Virus record (IMG/VR): IMGVR_UViG_3300029042_000248
DNA from: a virus
Taxonomy: Duplodnaviria > Heunggongvirae > Uroviricota > Caudoviricetes
Reading direction: 5' to 3' (one strand)
Length of the DNA stretch: 33,844 nucleotides
A model generated the notes under the pieces. It ran no database searches. It was not told the DNA's origin and worked only from the letters and a program-made list of their open reading frames with translations. Below, piece by piece: positions 1 to 8,969 of this stretch (position 1 is the first letter of the stretch; the number at the start of each line of letters is the position of its first letter). The translations under genes were made by a program, and so were the position numbers.

Positions 1-525
1 TTATACAGCTTTCTTTACATCGTTTTCTCTTACAGGGAAATTATGTTCTTTGCCTTCATACTGAGACAAAATCTCTCTCACTTTTTCCGGTGGTAATGCC
101 TGAAGAGTTTGCAGGGTTTTCTGTTGCTCCACAGTAATCCCTAATGCCTCTAATGCCTTATCTTTACTGACAATTGTAGGCATAAGTCCTTTAATCCCTG
201 CTACACGAATGATCTCCACAGCTGCGGCCTGCTCATCTGGTGTTAAGAAGCTCATTGCATAAATTAGCCTCTCATCAACTGTATGGGCGATTGATGTATG
301 CACTGGTTTATCAGAAAGTGAGGCTCCTTTAATGGCCCTGCGTGTTTCTTCTGGCAGACTGTTGATGTGATACTCATAAGCGACACCTTTCCCACCGTGA
401 CGCTGACGTTTTACCCAATCTTCCGCCACAGCTTTCCTGGTAATGTTAGTCGCCAACTTTGGTACACCAGGCATCCCTTCCAGCTCTTTCGCATTAAACC
501 ATTCTTTGATTTCAAAAGACATCAT
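1..525 (-). CDS. c: Immunity repressor c (174 aa, D108-type)
   Basis: Leftward ORF diverging from ner across the operator region; its N-terminus ([26 protein letters not shown]) parallels the N-terminus of the transposase ORF at 940 ([26 protein letters not shown]), the known repressor/transposase shared DNA-binding domain; length matches my recollection of D108 c. Confidence 0.85.
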   Translation of the reverse strand: MMSFEIKEWFNAKELEGMPGVPKLATNITRKAVAEDWVKRQRHGGKGVAYEYHINSLPEETRRAIKGASLSDKPVHTSIAHTVDERLIYAMSFLTPDEQAAAVEIIRVAGIKGLMPTIVSKDKALEALGITVEQQKTLQTLQALPPEKVREILSQYEGKEHNFPVRENDVKKAV

Positions 526-710
526 TTAAAATCCTAGTGATTTCAATAGAGACAAAATAAATTCATATAAAAATCATGCCGTTATATGAAATCATGGCAA
601 ATCCTTTCAAATCACTGTTGATTTGGAAGTGATTCCACACTACATTGCACGATATGCCGTGAGCTACTTTATAGCGTAGCTCACGGGGGAATCTGAAAGG
701 ATTACATGAA
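526..710. promoter_or_regulatory. Operator/divergent promoter region (Pc/Pe, repressor operators; also expected to act as the transposition enhancer)
   Basis: 185-bp AT-rich gap between divergent c and ner with several inverted repeats (e.g. aatcactgttgatt); function inferred from Mu biology. Confidence 0.6.
657..686. promoter_or_regulatory. Perfect 11-bp inverted repeat CCGTGAGCTAC-N8-GTAGCTCACGG; candidate Ner operator
   Basis: Arms 657-667 and 676-686 are exact reverse complements with an AT-rich 8-bp spacer, about 25 bp upstream of ner; matches my recollection of the D108 ner operator architecture. Confidence 0.55.
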
Positions 711-932
711 ATGCATATGAATAAAAGAACTAACCGCCAAGATTGGCACAGAGCTGACATCGTTGCAGAGCTACGAAAACGCAATATGTCACTAGCTGAA
801 TTGGGAAGATCTAATCATCTTTCGTCTTCAACATTAAAAAATGCTTTGGATAAGAGATATCCGAAAGCGGAGAAAATCATTGCAGATGCACTGGGAATGA
901 CACCGCAAGATATTTGGCCGTCTCGATACTAG
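711..932 (+). CDS. ner: Ner-family early transcriptional regulator (73 aa)
   Basis: Small HTH protein ([23 protein letters not shown]...IWPSRY) directly upstream of transposase A; alternative start at 717. Confidence 0.85.
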
Positions 933-939
933 GTGCGCT

Positions 940-2928
940 ATGAAAGAATGGTATACAGCAAAAGAGTTGCTCGGTTTGGCAGGTTTACCAAAGCAAGCAA
1001 CTAACATTACACGTAAGGCACAAAGAGAAGGCTGGGAGTTCAGGCAGGTTGCAGGGACTAAAGGTGTATCATTTGAATTCAATATCAAATCATTCCCTGT
1101 CGCATTACGTGCTGAAATTCTGTTGCAACAAGGGAGAATTGAAACCAGTCAGGGGTATTTTGAAATCGCCCGCCCCACGCTGGAAGCCCATGATTATGAT
1201 CGTGAGGCACTGTGGAGCAAATGGGATAACGCCAGCGATTCCCAGCGCAGACTTGCTGAAAAATGGTTGCCTGCGGTTCAGGCTGCAGACGAAATGCTGA
1301 ACCAGGGGATTTCAACGAAAACGGCATTTGCGACCGTTGCAGGACATTACCAGGTCAGCGCATCCACTTTGCGAGACAAATATTACCAGGTACAGAAGTT
1401 TGCGAAGCCTGACTGGGCGGCTGCGCTTGTTGATGGACGTGGTGCATCCCGTCGCAACGTTCACAAAAGTGAATTTGACGAGGATGCCTGGCAGTTTCTG
1501 ATTGCAGATTATCTGCGACCAGAAAAACCCGCCTTTCGCAAATGTTATGAGCGTCTGGAACTGGCAGCCCGCGAGCATGGCTGGAGTATTCCCTCCCGTG
1601 CCACGGCCTTTCGCCGGATTCAGCAACTGGACGAGGCAATGGTTGTTGCCTGCCGTGAAGGTGAACATGCACTGATGCATCTGATACCGGCACAGCAGCG
1701 AACTGTGGAACACCTGGACGCCATGCAGTGGATCAACGGCGACGGTTATCTGCATAACGTCTTTGTACGCTGGTTTAACGGTGATGTGATCCGCCCGAAA
1801 ACATGGTTCTGGCAGGATGTGAAAACCCGAAAAATTCTGGGCTGGCGCTGCGATGTGAGCGAGAACATTGATTCAATTCGCCTCTCGTTCATGGATGTTG
1901 TGACTCGCTACGGTATTCCAGAGGATTTTCACATCACCATTGATAACACCCGTGGTGCTGCGAATAAATGGCTGACGGGAGGCGCGCCCAATCGCTACCG
2001 CTTTAAGGTAAAAGAGGACGATCCAAAGGGAGTGTTTTTACTGATGGGTGCGAAAATGCACTGGACAAGCGTTGTTGCCGGTAAAGGCTGGGGCCAGGCA
2101 AAACCTGTTGAACGTGCTTTCGGTGTTGGTGGGCTTGAGGAATACGTTGATAAGCATCCGGCACTGGCTGGCGCATATACGGGGCCAAATCCGCAGGCAA
2201 AACCTGATAACTATGGCGACCGCGCTGTTGATGCAGAGCTGTTTCTGAAAACCCTTGCCGAAGGTGTGGCGATGTTCAATGCCAGAACAGGCCGTGAAAC
2301 AGAAATGTGCGGGGGCAAACTCTCGTTTGATGATGTTTTCGAGCGTGAATACGCCAGAACGATTGTGCGTAAGCCAACCGAAGAACAAAAACGGATGCTG
2401 TTACTGCCTGCCGAGGCGGTGAACGTTTCACGCAAAGGCGAGTTTACGCTTAAAGTTGGCGGCTCCCTTAAAGGCGCGAAAAACGTTTATTACAACATGG
2501 CGTTAATGAATGCCGGAGTGAAAAAAGTTGTGGTCAGATTTGATCCACAACAGCTACACAGCACGGTTTATTGCTACACCCTGGACGGTCGGTTTATCTG
2601 TGAAGCGGAATGTCTGGCACCTGTTGCGTTTAATGATGCTGCGGCAGGCCGTGAATATCGCCGCCGCCAGAAACAACTGAAATCTGCAACTAAAGCAGCC
2701 ATTAAGGCGCAGAAACAAATGGACGCGCTGGAAATTGCTGAACTGCTGCCGCAGATAACCGAACCAACAGCACCAGAATCAAGGGTTGTTGGTATTTTCC
2801 GGCCTTCCGGTAACACGGTGCAGGTGAAATACCAGGACCTCGATGATGAATATGAAACTGATCGTGATGAATATCTGAATCATTCGCTGGATATTCTGGA
2901 ACAGAACAGACGTAAAAAAGCCATTTAA
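940..2928 (+). CDS. A: Transposase A (MuA-type DDE transposase, 662 aa)
   Basis: Length and position; candidate DDE residues in [16 protein letters not shown] and PVERAF contexts; N-terminal enhancer-binding domain homologous to repressor c. Confidence 0.95.
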
Positions 2929-2966
2929 TTAACGTTTAAACAAAATTTAATTACGAGGTTATTCAG

Positions 2967-3905
2967 ATGAATATTTCCGATATTCGCGCAGGACTGCGCA
3001 CGCTTGTAGAAAGTGAAAAAGCTACTTATGCACAAATTGCCCGCGAGTCCGGCGTGGCCGCAGGAACGTTAAGCGCATTCGTGAATAACAAGTACAACGG
3101 CGACAATGAACGTGTTGCGCAGACGCTGGAACGCTGGCTGGAGAACTATCACCGTGCCGCAGAGCTGCCAGAACCACCGCGTTTTGTGGAAACCAGAACA
3201 GCACGCCAAATCTGGACGAGTATGCGTTTTGCCAGTCTGACTGAAAGTATTTCTGTTATCTGCGGTAATCCAGGTGTGGGAAAAACTGAAGCGGCCCGCG
3301 AATTTCGTCGCACCAATAACAATGTCTGGATGATCACCATTACCCCATCCTGTGCCAGTGTTCTGGAATGCCTGACGGAACTGGCTTATGAACTGGGGAT
3401 GAATGACGCACCGCGCCGCAAGGGGCCACTCTCCCGCGCTTTGAGACGCCGCCTTGAAGGTACGCAGGGGTTGGTCATTATCGATGAAGCTGATCATCTT
3501 GGCGCTGAGGTTCTGGAAGAACTCCGCCTGTTACAGGAATCCGCCCGTATTGGCCTTGTTCTGATGGGGAATCACCGTGTTTATTCAAACATGACCGGTG
3601 GTAACAGAACGGTTGAATTTGCCCGCCTGTTTTCCCGTATTGCCAAACGGACGGCAATTAATAAAACCAAAATTGATGATGTAAAAGCCATTGCGGATGC
3701 CTGGCAAATTACCGGCGAAAACGAGCGGGAATTATTACAGCAGATTGCACAAAAACCAGGTGCGCTTCGCATCCTGAACCACTCGCTGCGCCTTGCGGCC
3801 ATGACCGCCCACGGCAAAGGTGAACGTGTTAATGAAGATTATCTGCGTCAGGCTTTCCGTGAATTAGACCTCGACGTTGATATTTCAACCCTGCTGCGCA
3901 CGTAA
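2967..3905 (+). CDS. B: Transposition ATPase / target DNA activator B (312 aa)
   Basis: Walker A GNPGVGKT and Walker B LVIIDEAD motifs; position immediately after A; 312 aa as in MuB. Confidence 0.95.
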   Translation: MNISDIRAGLRTLVESEKATYAQIARESGVAAGTLSAFVNNKYNGDNERVAQTLERWLENYHRAAELPEPPRFVETRTARQIWTSMRFASLTESISVICGNPGVGKTEAAREFRRTNNNVWMITITPSCASVLECLTELAYELGMNDAPRRKGPLSRALRRRLEGTQGLVIIDEADHLGAEVLEELRLLQESARIGLVLMGNHRVYSNMTGGNRTVEFARLFSRIAKRTAINKTKIDDVKAIADAWQITGENERELLQQIAQKPGALRILNHSLRLAAMTAHGKGERVNEDYLRQAFRELDLDVDISTLLRT

Positions 3906-3918
3906 GGAGAGCGAAATC

Positions 3919-4146
3919 ATGATGTCACGGAATATCAAAATGGCAACGGAAGTAAAGAGCTGGTTACAGGAGCGCGGCAGCCACGTCAACGAATCCTGGC
4001 TGGGCGTGGCCCGCCCGGTGCTTGAAATTACCTGCCCGCCACCGGAGCTGGTCAGAAACGCTGTCAGGATTATGGAGCATAAATCAGGGGTTGCCCGTTC
4101 CGTATGGACGGCCCGCCTTAATGGTTGCCAGATTATCTGGCGTTAA
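3919..4146 (+). CDS. Small early protein in the kil position (75 aa); possible Kil-like host division inhibitor
   Basis: First ORF after B with GGAG RBS and ATGATG start; assignment by position only. Confidence 0.4.
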   Translation: MMSRNIKMATEVKSWLQERGSHVNESWLGVARPVLEITCPPPELVRNAVRIMEHKSGVARSVWTARLNGCQIIWR

Positions 4147-4178
4147 TAACGGCTTATTTATTTGTGAGGAATAACAAA

Positions 4179-4448
4179 ATGGCAAAAGTAATCTTTGAAT
4201 TTAACCGCATGGAAGATGTTGAGTTTCAGAAAAAAGGAGGTTTCTTTGTAGGAATGAGTGTGCAACTGGAAGAACAGTCTCCTAAGGAGCAAACCGGACC
4301 GCATGACGTGATGGCAGGCATTATCAAGAGCATGGCTCCTGAAATTATTGAAAAAGCAACCCAGGAGTTGTTGAAGTCAGCCAGAGAACTTGGGCTGGAA
4401 GCCGAAGGCGAGTTATTCCGGTATAACCCGGATGCAGCCAAACATTAA
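4179..4448 (+). CDS. Hypothetical early protein (89 aa)
   Basis: ORF with upstream GAGGAA; starts MAKVIFEF; no recognisable motif. Confidence 0.4.
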   Translation: MAKVIFEFNRMEDVEFQKKGGFFVGMSVQLEEQSPKEQTGPHDVMAGIIKSMAPEIIEKATQELLKSARELGLEAEGELFRYNPDAAKH

Positions 4449-4464
4449 TTTCAGGGAAGGAGGC

Positions 4465-4755
4465 ATGATGATAATCACTCGCAAAAGATGGTCACGCGAA
4501 GACCGGGAATTTATCGAAGCCAGTGTCGGGAAAATGACCGTCGAGGAAATGGCGAAAAAACTGAACGTTGCCCCAACCGCCCTACAGGCACATGCCAGAA
4601 GGCACGGAATATCGTTGTGTGCATACCGGGTCAGTGAGCACGACAAATATTTGTGTCGTGAACTTTATAAAGAAGGGCTGGCTATTCATGTCATTGCCCA
4701 AAAGATGGAATTAAGCAATCGTGCTGTATCCAGCATTGTATACAGCGAATATTAA
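4465..4755 (+). CDS. Hypothetical early protein with HTH-like segments (96 aa)
   Basis: GAAGGAGG RBS then ATGATG; HTH-like segments (TVEEMAKKLNVAPTALQAHARRHG and LAIHVIAQKMELSNRAVSSIV). Confidence 0.4.
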   Translation: MMIITRKRWSREDREFIEASVGKMTVEEMAKKLNVAPTALQAHARRHGISLCAYRVSEHDKYLCRELYKEGLAIHVIAQKMELSNRAVSSIVYSEY

Positions 4756-4775
4756 TTAACAGGAGCTTTATTTAT

Positions 4776-5300
4776 ATGGCTAAACCAGCAAAACGAATCA
4801 AGAATGCCGCAGCGGCTTATGTTCCACAGTCCCGCGATGCCGTGGTATGTGATATCCGCCGGATTGGTGACCTGCAACGCGAAGCGGCACGACTTGAAAC
4901 GGAAATGAATGACGCTATCGCTGAAATTACAGAGAAATACGCCTCACAGATTGCGCCGCTAAAAACCAGTATCGAAACCCTTTCAAAAGGCGTTCAGGGA
5001 TGGTGTGAAGCGAACCGCGACGAACTGACGAACGGCGGCAAGGTGAAGACGGCGAACCTGGTAACCGGCGATGTGTCATGGCGTCAGCGCCCACCATCGG
5101 TAAGTATTCGCGGTGTGGATGCGGTGATGGAAACGCTGGAGCGTCTTGGCCTGCAACGCTTTATTCGTACGAAACAGGAAATCAACAAGGAAGCGATTTT
5201 ACTGGAACCGAAAGCGGTCGCAGGTGTCGCCGGAATTACAGTTAAATCAGGCATTGAGGATTTTTCTATTATTCCGTTTGAACAGGAAGCCGGTATTTAA
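4776..5300 (+). CDS. gam: Gam (host-nuclease inhibitor / DNA-end binding protein, 174 aa)
   Basis: Length equals Mu Gam as I recall it, position after kil-region ORFs, coiled-coil-rich sequence. Confidence 0.8.
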   Translation: MAKPAKRIKNAAAAYVPQSRDAVVCDIRRIGDLQREAARLETEMNDAIAEITEKYASQIAPLKTSIETLSKGVQGWCEANRDELTNGGKVKTANLVTGDVSWRQRPPSVSIRGVDAVMETLERLGLQRFIRTKQEINKEAILLEPKAVAGVAGITVKSGIEDFSIIPFEQEAGI

Positions 5301-5397
5301 TACCACTACAAATATTTAATTAATCCACTCTCTTTTAATTATGGCGCGATGCGTCAGGGGATTGCTCGCGCCTTATTCGACCATAAAGGATATTTAA

Positions 5398-5949
5398 ATG
5401 ACGAAATACGCCTATTTTAAGCTGTCTGATAAGACAAGCCGTATGTATATGAAACGCTGGGAGACAGATATTTATCCGGTTCGTGTAAAGCTTGTTCGTT
5501 CATTACAACGCGAACTTGGTGCTGCTGGCATCAGTCTTGTCAGAGGTCTGAAAGTTGCACGAGTGGAAAGCGTCTGGTTCGGGATGCAGCCGTCGGGGTT
5601 CTGGAAAGTAAAAAGCAGTAACCTTTTTGTTGATGGTTACCAGTTCTGGGAGGTTATGCCGGATGTAACGACAGTTCGGGGAAAAAAGAGAGAAAAGCTC
5701 ATCGCGGGATATGAAGAACAACTGACAAATTACCCTGAATTTTCAGTATGGCTGTGTAACGAACTGAATATTGATTTCACACTGAATATCTTTGATATCC
5801 GGTCTGTGTGGGAAATGTCATGGTCACGCGATAGGTTCAGCATTTTATTTAAAGTCCAGGTTTTTTCTGACGGTGAAGTGCATGGGCATATTCCTGCTGA
5901 ATGCCAGCGTATTAAACATTCTGAATTTGTGGCGCTGACGGAGGAATAA
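5398..5949 (+). CDS. Hypothetical protein (183 aa), AT-rich accessory cluster
   Basis: Long ORF in a markedly AT-rich segment; no recognisable motif. Confidence 0.5.
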   Translation: MTKYAYFKLSDKTSRMYMKRWETDIYPVRVKLVRSLQRELGAAGISLVRGLKVARVESVWFGMQPSGFWKVKSSNLFVDGYQFWEVMPDVTTVRGKKREKLIAGYEEQLTNYPEFSVWLCNELNIDFTLNIFDIRSVWEMSWSRDRFSILFKVQVFSDGEVHGHIPAECQRIKHSEFVALTEE

Positions 5950-5952
5950 CCG

Positions 5953-6186
5953 ATGTTTGTGATTGACTCAAAAGTTTTGAATGCTGTCAGCACATTACTA
6001 CGAACTCACGGACGTCTGACCTGTGGTGTTCTGGCGGACAAAATGAGAATGCCAGTCTCTGCAATGGTGTACTTCCTGCGTGATGCGGTTGATGCCGGAG
6101 TGCTCACCGAATGTAACGGATTTTATGACATCCCACGCTCCCGACCGACTCCGGCGGAAACACAGGAAATCAGCGAGCATGATTAA
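5953..6186 (+). CDS. Hypothetical small protein, possible winged-helix (77 aa)
   Basis: ORF 4 nt after the previous gene; helix-rich, winged-helix-like by eye only. Confidence 0.4.
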   Translation: MFVIDSKVLNAVSTLLRTHGRLTCGVLADKMRMPVSAMVYFLRDAVDAGVLTECNGFYDIPRSRPTPAETQEISEHD

Positions 6187-6376
6187 GTCACTTGGCTTTG
6201 TCCTGCTGGTTGGCACCTGTGGGAATGATGCCTGCGATGCCATTCCGGTAACGGAAAAAATCTGGCCCACAGAACAGGCATGTATGCAGGTGATGGAGCG
6301 CATACAAAAACGTTATCCCGGTGAAATCTTTTATTGCGAAGAGGTATTAAGAAATGAAAATACAGATGATTACTGA
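6179..6376 (+). CDS. Hypothetical small Cys-containing protein with hydrophobic N-terminus (65 aa)
   Basis: In-frame ATG at 6179 overlapping previous stop (ATGATTAA); MIKSLGFVLLVGTCGNDACD then two more Cys; possible signal peptide, imperfect lipobox. Confidence 0.35.
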   Translation: MIKSLGFVLLVGTCGNDACDAIPVTEKIWPTEQACMQVMERIQKRYPGEIFYCEEVLRNENTDDY

Positions 6377-6689
6377 TGCTGATTTAATGGCTGCAACCTT
6401 AATTTCCAGTGGCATGTCAGAACAAAAGGTAAATGATTTTCTGGATAATGTCGTATACCAACGCTATGAGCAGGCCAGAGAAAATTTAATTTCAGAAAAA
6501 CGCACGATGATTGCCGAATCATTAAGCCCAGCCTGGATTATTGAGGAATTACGAAAAATCACTGCCAGCCAGGATAAAGTAGCGGCAGTTGCCGCCCTCG
6601 ATGTGCTACAGCGAATGAGTAAAGAGCTATTCAACACTGAATTAATTTTTAAATCCGGGGGACAAAATGAGTCGCACATCGCTTATTAA
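6354..6689 (+). CDS. Hypothetical protein (111 aa)
   Basis: AT-rich ORF overlapping gemA start; no recognisable motif. Confidence 0.45.
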   Translation: MKIQMITDADLMAATLISSGMSEQKVNDFLDNVVYQRYEQARENLISEKRTMIAESLSPAWIIEELRKITASQDKVAAVAALDVLQRMSKELFNTELIFKSGGQNESHIAY

Positions 6690-7218
6690 GTTAATTCATG
6701 TCGCCCGTCGTGATCTACAACTCGACGATGACACTTACCGCGCCTTTCTGGTGCAGTGCACGGGCAAAACCAGTTGCCGCGAGCTGTCCGTTGCACAACT
6801 GGAACAAGTGCTCGATGCCATGAAAGAGCGCGGTTTTAAAAAGCAGAATAAACATCCCCGCCGTCGCTTTAAGGGGCATGTCACACCGCGCGAGAAGATT
6901 TATAAAATCTGGCAGCAGATGTTTCTTGATGGTTTCGTCTCCGATATCAGCGACGCTGCGCTGGACAAATACGTTGAACGCCTGACGGCCAGACGTAATG
7001 GCGGTCAGGGTGTTTCCACGCTGGCCTGGTGTCACGGGGAATCGTTGCAGGTTGTGCTCGAAACGCTCAAACAGTGGCATATGCGCTGCATCCGTGAAGC
7101 CTTTGCCCGACATGGTGTGCCTTTACCTGTAAGCCCATCCGGGCGGGAACTGCGCGGCTATGATGCACTGACCAGTGCATATGCCCGCGCACGAAACAGC
7201 GGGAGAATTGCTGTATGA
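6667..7218 (+). CDS. gemA: GemA-like protein (183 aa)
   Basis: Size matches Mu GemA as I recall it; immediately upstream of and translationally coupled (ATGA) to the Mor-family gene. Confidence 0.7.
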   Translation: MSRTSLIKLIHVARRDLQLDDDTYRAFLVQCTGKTSCRELSVAQLEQVLDAMKERGFKKQNKHPRRRFKGHVTPREKIYKIWQQMFLDGFVSDISDAALDKYVERLTARRNGGQGVSTLAWCHGESLQVVLETLKQWHMRCIREAFARHGVPLPVSPSGRELRGYDALTSAYARARNSGRIAV

Positions 7219-7664
7219 AACAGATGAAAGAGCAGGATTTATTCGAAGACTTCCGGGACGACAGCGTTCTGGAATACCTTAACGATTACCAGGAAAACAC
7301 GGCTTATCCGGCGTTACTTTCTGAACTGAACGCACTGCTGCGTAAAGAACTGGCCCGGATTGGCGCAGACCCTGCCCATTCCCTTGAGCTGGTTGTGGCG
7401 ATTTGTCGCCATATCGGCGGGATGCAGGTTTATGTTCCGAGGGGGAATATTCTGGAGAATCTTGTCCGGGATATGCGTATCTGGCGTGATTTTAACGGCC
7501 ATAATATTCCTGAACTGGTTCAGCGTTACAGAGTGACGTATAAAACCGTCTACAAGGCCATCAAACGGATGCGGCGTCTGGAGCGTAATAAATACCAGCC
7601 GGATTTGTTCTACCACTCCCCGAACCTGCCTCACCCCGTTCGTCGTCCGCCACGACGCCCTTAA
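7215..7664 (+). CDS. mor: Mor/C-family transcriptional activator (149 aa)
   Basis: C-terminal region GGMQVYVPRGNILENLVRDMRIWRDFNGHNIPELVQRYRVTYKTVYKAIKRMR typical of the Mor/C family; position after gemA. Confidence 0.8.
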   Translation: MKQMKEQDLFEDFRDDSVLEYLNDYQENTAYPALLSELNALLRKELARIGADPAHSLELVVAICRHIGGMQVYVPRGNILENLVRDMRIWRDFNGHNIPELVQRYRVTYKTVYKAIKRMRRLERNKYQPDLFYHSPNLPHPVRRPPRRP

Positions 7665-7668
7665 TCAA

Positions 7669-7694
7669 TGAAGCCGGTAAATCCGGCTTTTTTT
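7669..7694 (+). terminator. Palindrome+T7 element, copy 1 (tgaAGCCGGtaaatCCGGCTttttttt): candidate intrinsic terminator and/or activator-binding site of a late promoter
   Basis: 7-bp stem, 5-nt loop, then 7 T; the identical 26-mer recurs at 15382-15407. Confidence 0.6.
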
Positions 7695-7749
7695 ATGCCT
7701 CCGGCACCATGAAGCAGACCACGTTTAAATCTGCTTCACAGGTGCTTTT

Positions 7750-8346
7750 ATGGAAAATCAAAAATTCTCCCCGGCCTTTGAACATGCGCTGAATTTTATT
7801 CTGCGTCCTGATATCGAAGGCGGCTATGTCAATGACCCCACTGACCGTGGCGGCGAAACAAAATACGGCATTTCTGACCGCCGCGACGGTGTGATTGACG
7901 GCAAAACCGATGTCAACGGCGACGGCAAACCAGATACCCGCATTAAGGATTTGACCCGCGAACAGGTTGCGCAGATTTACTGGCGCGATTACTGGCTGCT
8001 TGCCGGGTGTGATCAGTGGCCTGATGGTGTGGCGCTCTTTGTGTTTGATGCGGCTGTTCAGCATGGCGTGGAGCAAGCCGTCAAGTTTTTACAGGAAGCC
8101 GCTGATGTGTCTGCCGATGGCATCATCGGCCCGCGTACCCGCAAGGCTGTGAGCCTGTCCACCCCGGACTGGCTGCTGTCCCGCTGCATTGTTCGCCGTT
8201 GCCGCTTTTATGCGGGCCTCATCAAATCAAAACCCGCTCGTGGCAAATACCTGAACGGCTGGTTTAACCGCATGGAAGAACTGACCGACGCCTGTCTGGA
8301 AATCATCGATACCCCTCTGGGCATCATGTCCGCCACGCGGGGGTGA
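7750..8346 (+). CDS. Endolysin, glycoside hydrolase family 108-like with C-terminal peptidoglycan-binding region (198 aa)
   Basis: N-terminal motif FEHALNFILRPDIEGGYVNDPTDRGGETKYGIS characteristic of GH108 lysins; no N-terminal TM/SAR segment. Confidence 0.75.
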   Translation: MENQKFSPAFEHALNFILRPDIEGGYVNDPTDRGGETKYGISDRRDGVIDGKTDVNGDGKPDTRIKDLTREQVAQIYWRDYWLLAGCDQWPDGVALFVFDAAVQHGVEQAVKFLQEAADVSADGIIGPRTRKAVSLSTPDWLLSRCIVRRCRFYAGLIKSKPARGKYLNGWFNRMEELTDACLEIIDTPLGIMSATRG

Positions 8347-8347
8347 T

Positions 8348-8575
8348 ATGGGCAAAGGCTGGGACGCCTCACTGAAAGCCGGGCGGCGTGACCGCCTGCG
8401 CCAGGAGGTTCTGCACCGCATGGCCGGAGGTCCGCCCCCGAAACCGCTGGACTATACCGGCCATGATGGCACACACGCCAGCTACTACATGCGTGGCTGG
8501 AACTCCGTGGATACACGGGACATTTTCTGGCAGTGCCAGAAGTACAAGGAAAAACTCAATGCACAGAATGAATAG
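8348..8575 (+). CDS. Hypothetical small protein (75 aa)
   Basis: ORF starting 2 nt after the endolysin stop; no motif recognised. Confidence 0.4.
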   Translation: MGKGWDASLKAGRRDRLRQEVLHRMAGGPPPKPLDYTGHDGTHASYYMRGWNSVDTRDIFWQCQKYKEKLNAQNE

Positions 8576-8969
8576 TCTTTTTGTTCGCGTTATTTACTCC
8601 CGCTTTATGTTGTGCCAGTGGTCGTTTCTGGGACTGTCGGCAGTACTTTTTCTGGCGAGCTGTTTTGCCGGATGGCGGGCGTTTGCGGTCATGGTGCTGG
8701 CATACGGCGCGACACTCTGCCTGATTCACAGTTTCCAGCTGGGCAACGTACCTTATCGCCTGCAGCCCAAAAGGCGTTTCCGGGCCGCCTCCCTTCGAAT
8801 TGTCGTGTGGTCATGGGTGGTCTGGGCCGTTGGTTTTTTCATGCTGACATTCGGCATTCTTTATCTGAAGGAGCCTTATCAGCTGGCGTTCTGGCTGGGC
8901 GGTATTTTTTGCGCGGCACTTTATAAACATCAGCGCCGTTTTCATAAGGGGGATTCATGGATCCGTTAA
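8559..8969 (+). CDS. Hypothetical integral membrane protein, ~4 predicted TM segments (137 aa)
   Basis: In-frame ATG at 8559 (alt 8568) within listed ORF 8388-8969; four long hydrophobic stretches. Confidence 0.5.
   Translation: MHRMNSLFVRVIYSRFMLCQWSFLGLSAVLFLASCFAGWRAFAVMVLAYGATLCLIHSFQLGNVPYRLQPKRRFRAASLRIVVWSWVVWAVGFFMLTFGILYLKEPYQLAFWLGGIFCAALYKHQRRFHKGDSWIR

Noticed and set aside
563-784. 73-aa minus-strand ORF across the c-ner operator region
   Set aside because: It overlaps the divergent promoter/operator region and the ner start; more likely a chance frame in AT-rich regulatory DNA.
6179-6376. Lipoprotein call for the 65-aa Cys-containing protein
   Set aside because: The sequence before the first Cys (LLVGTC) does not fit a canonical lipobox, so only a hydrophobic N-terminus is claimed.
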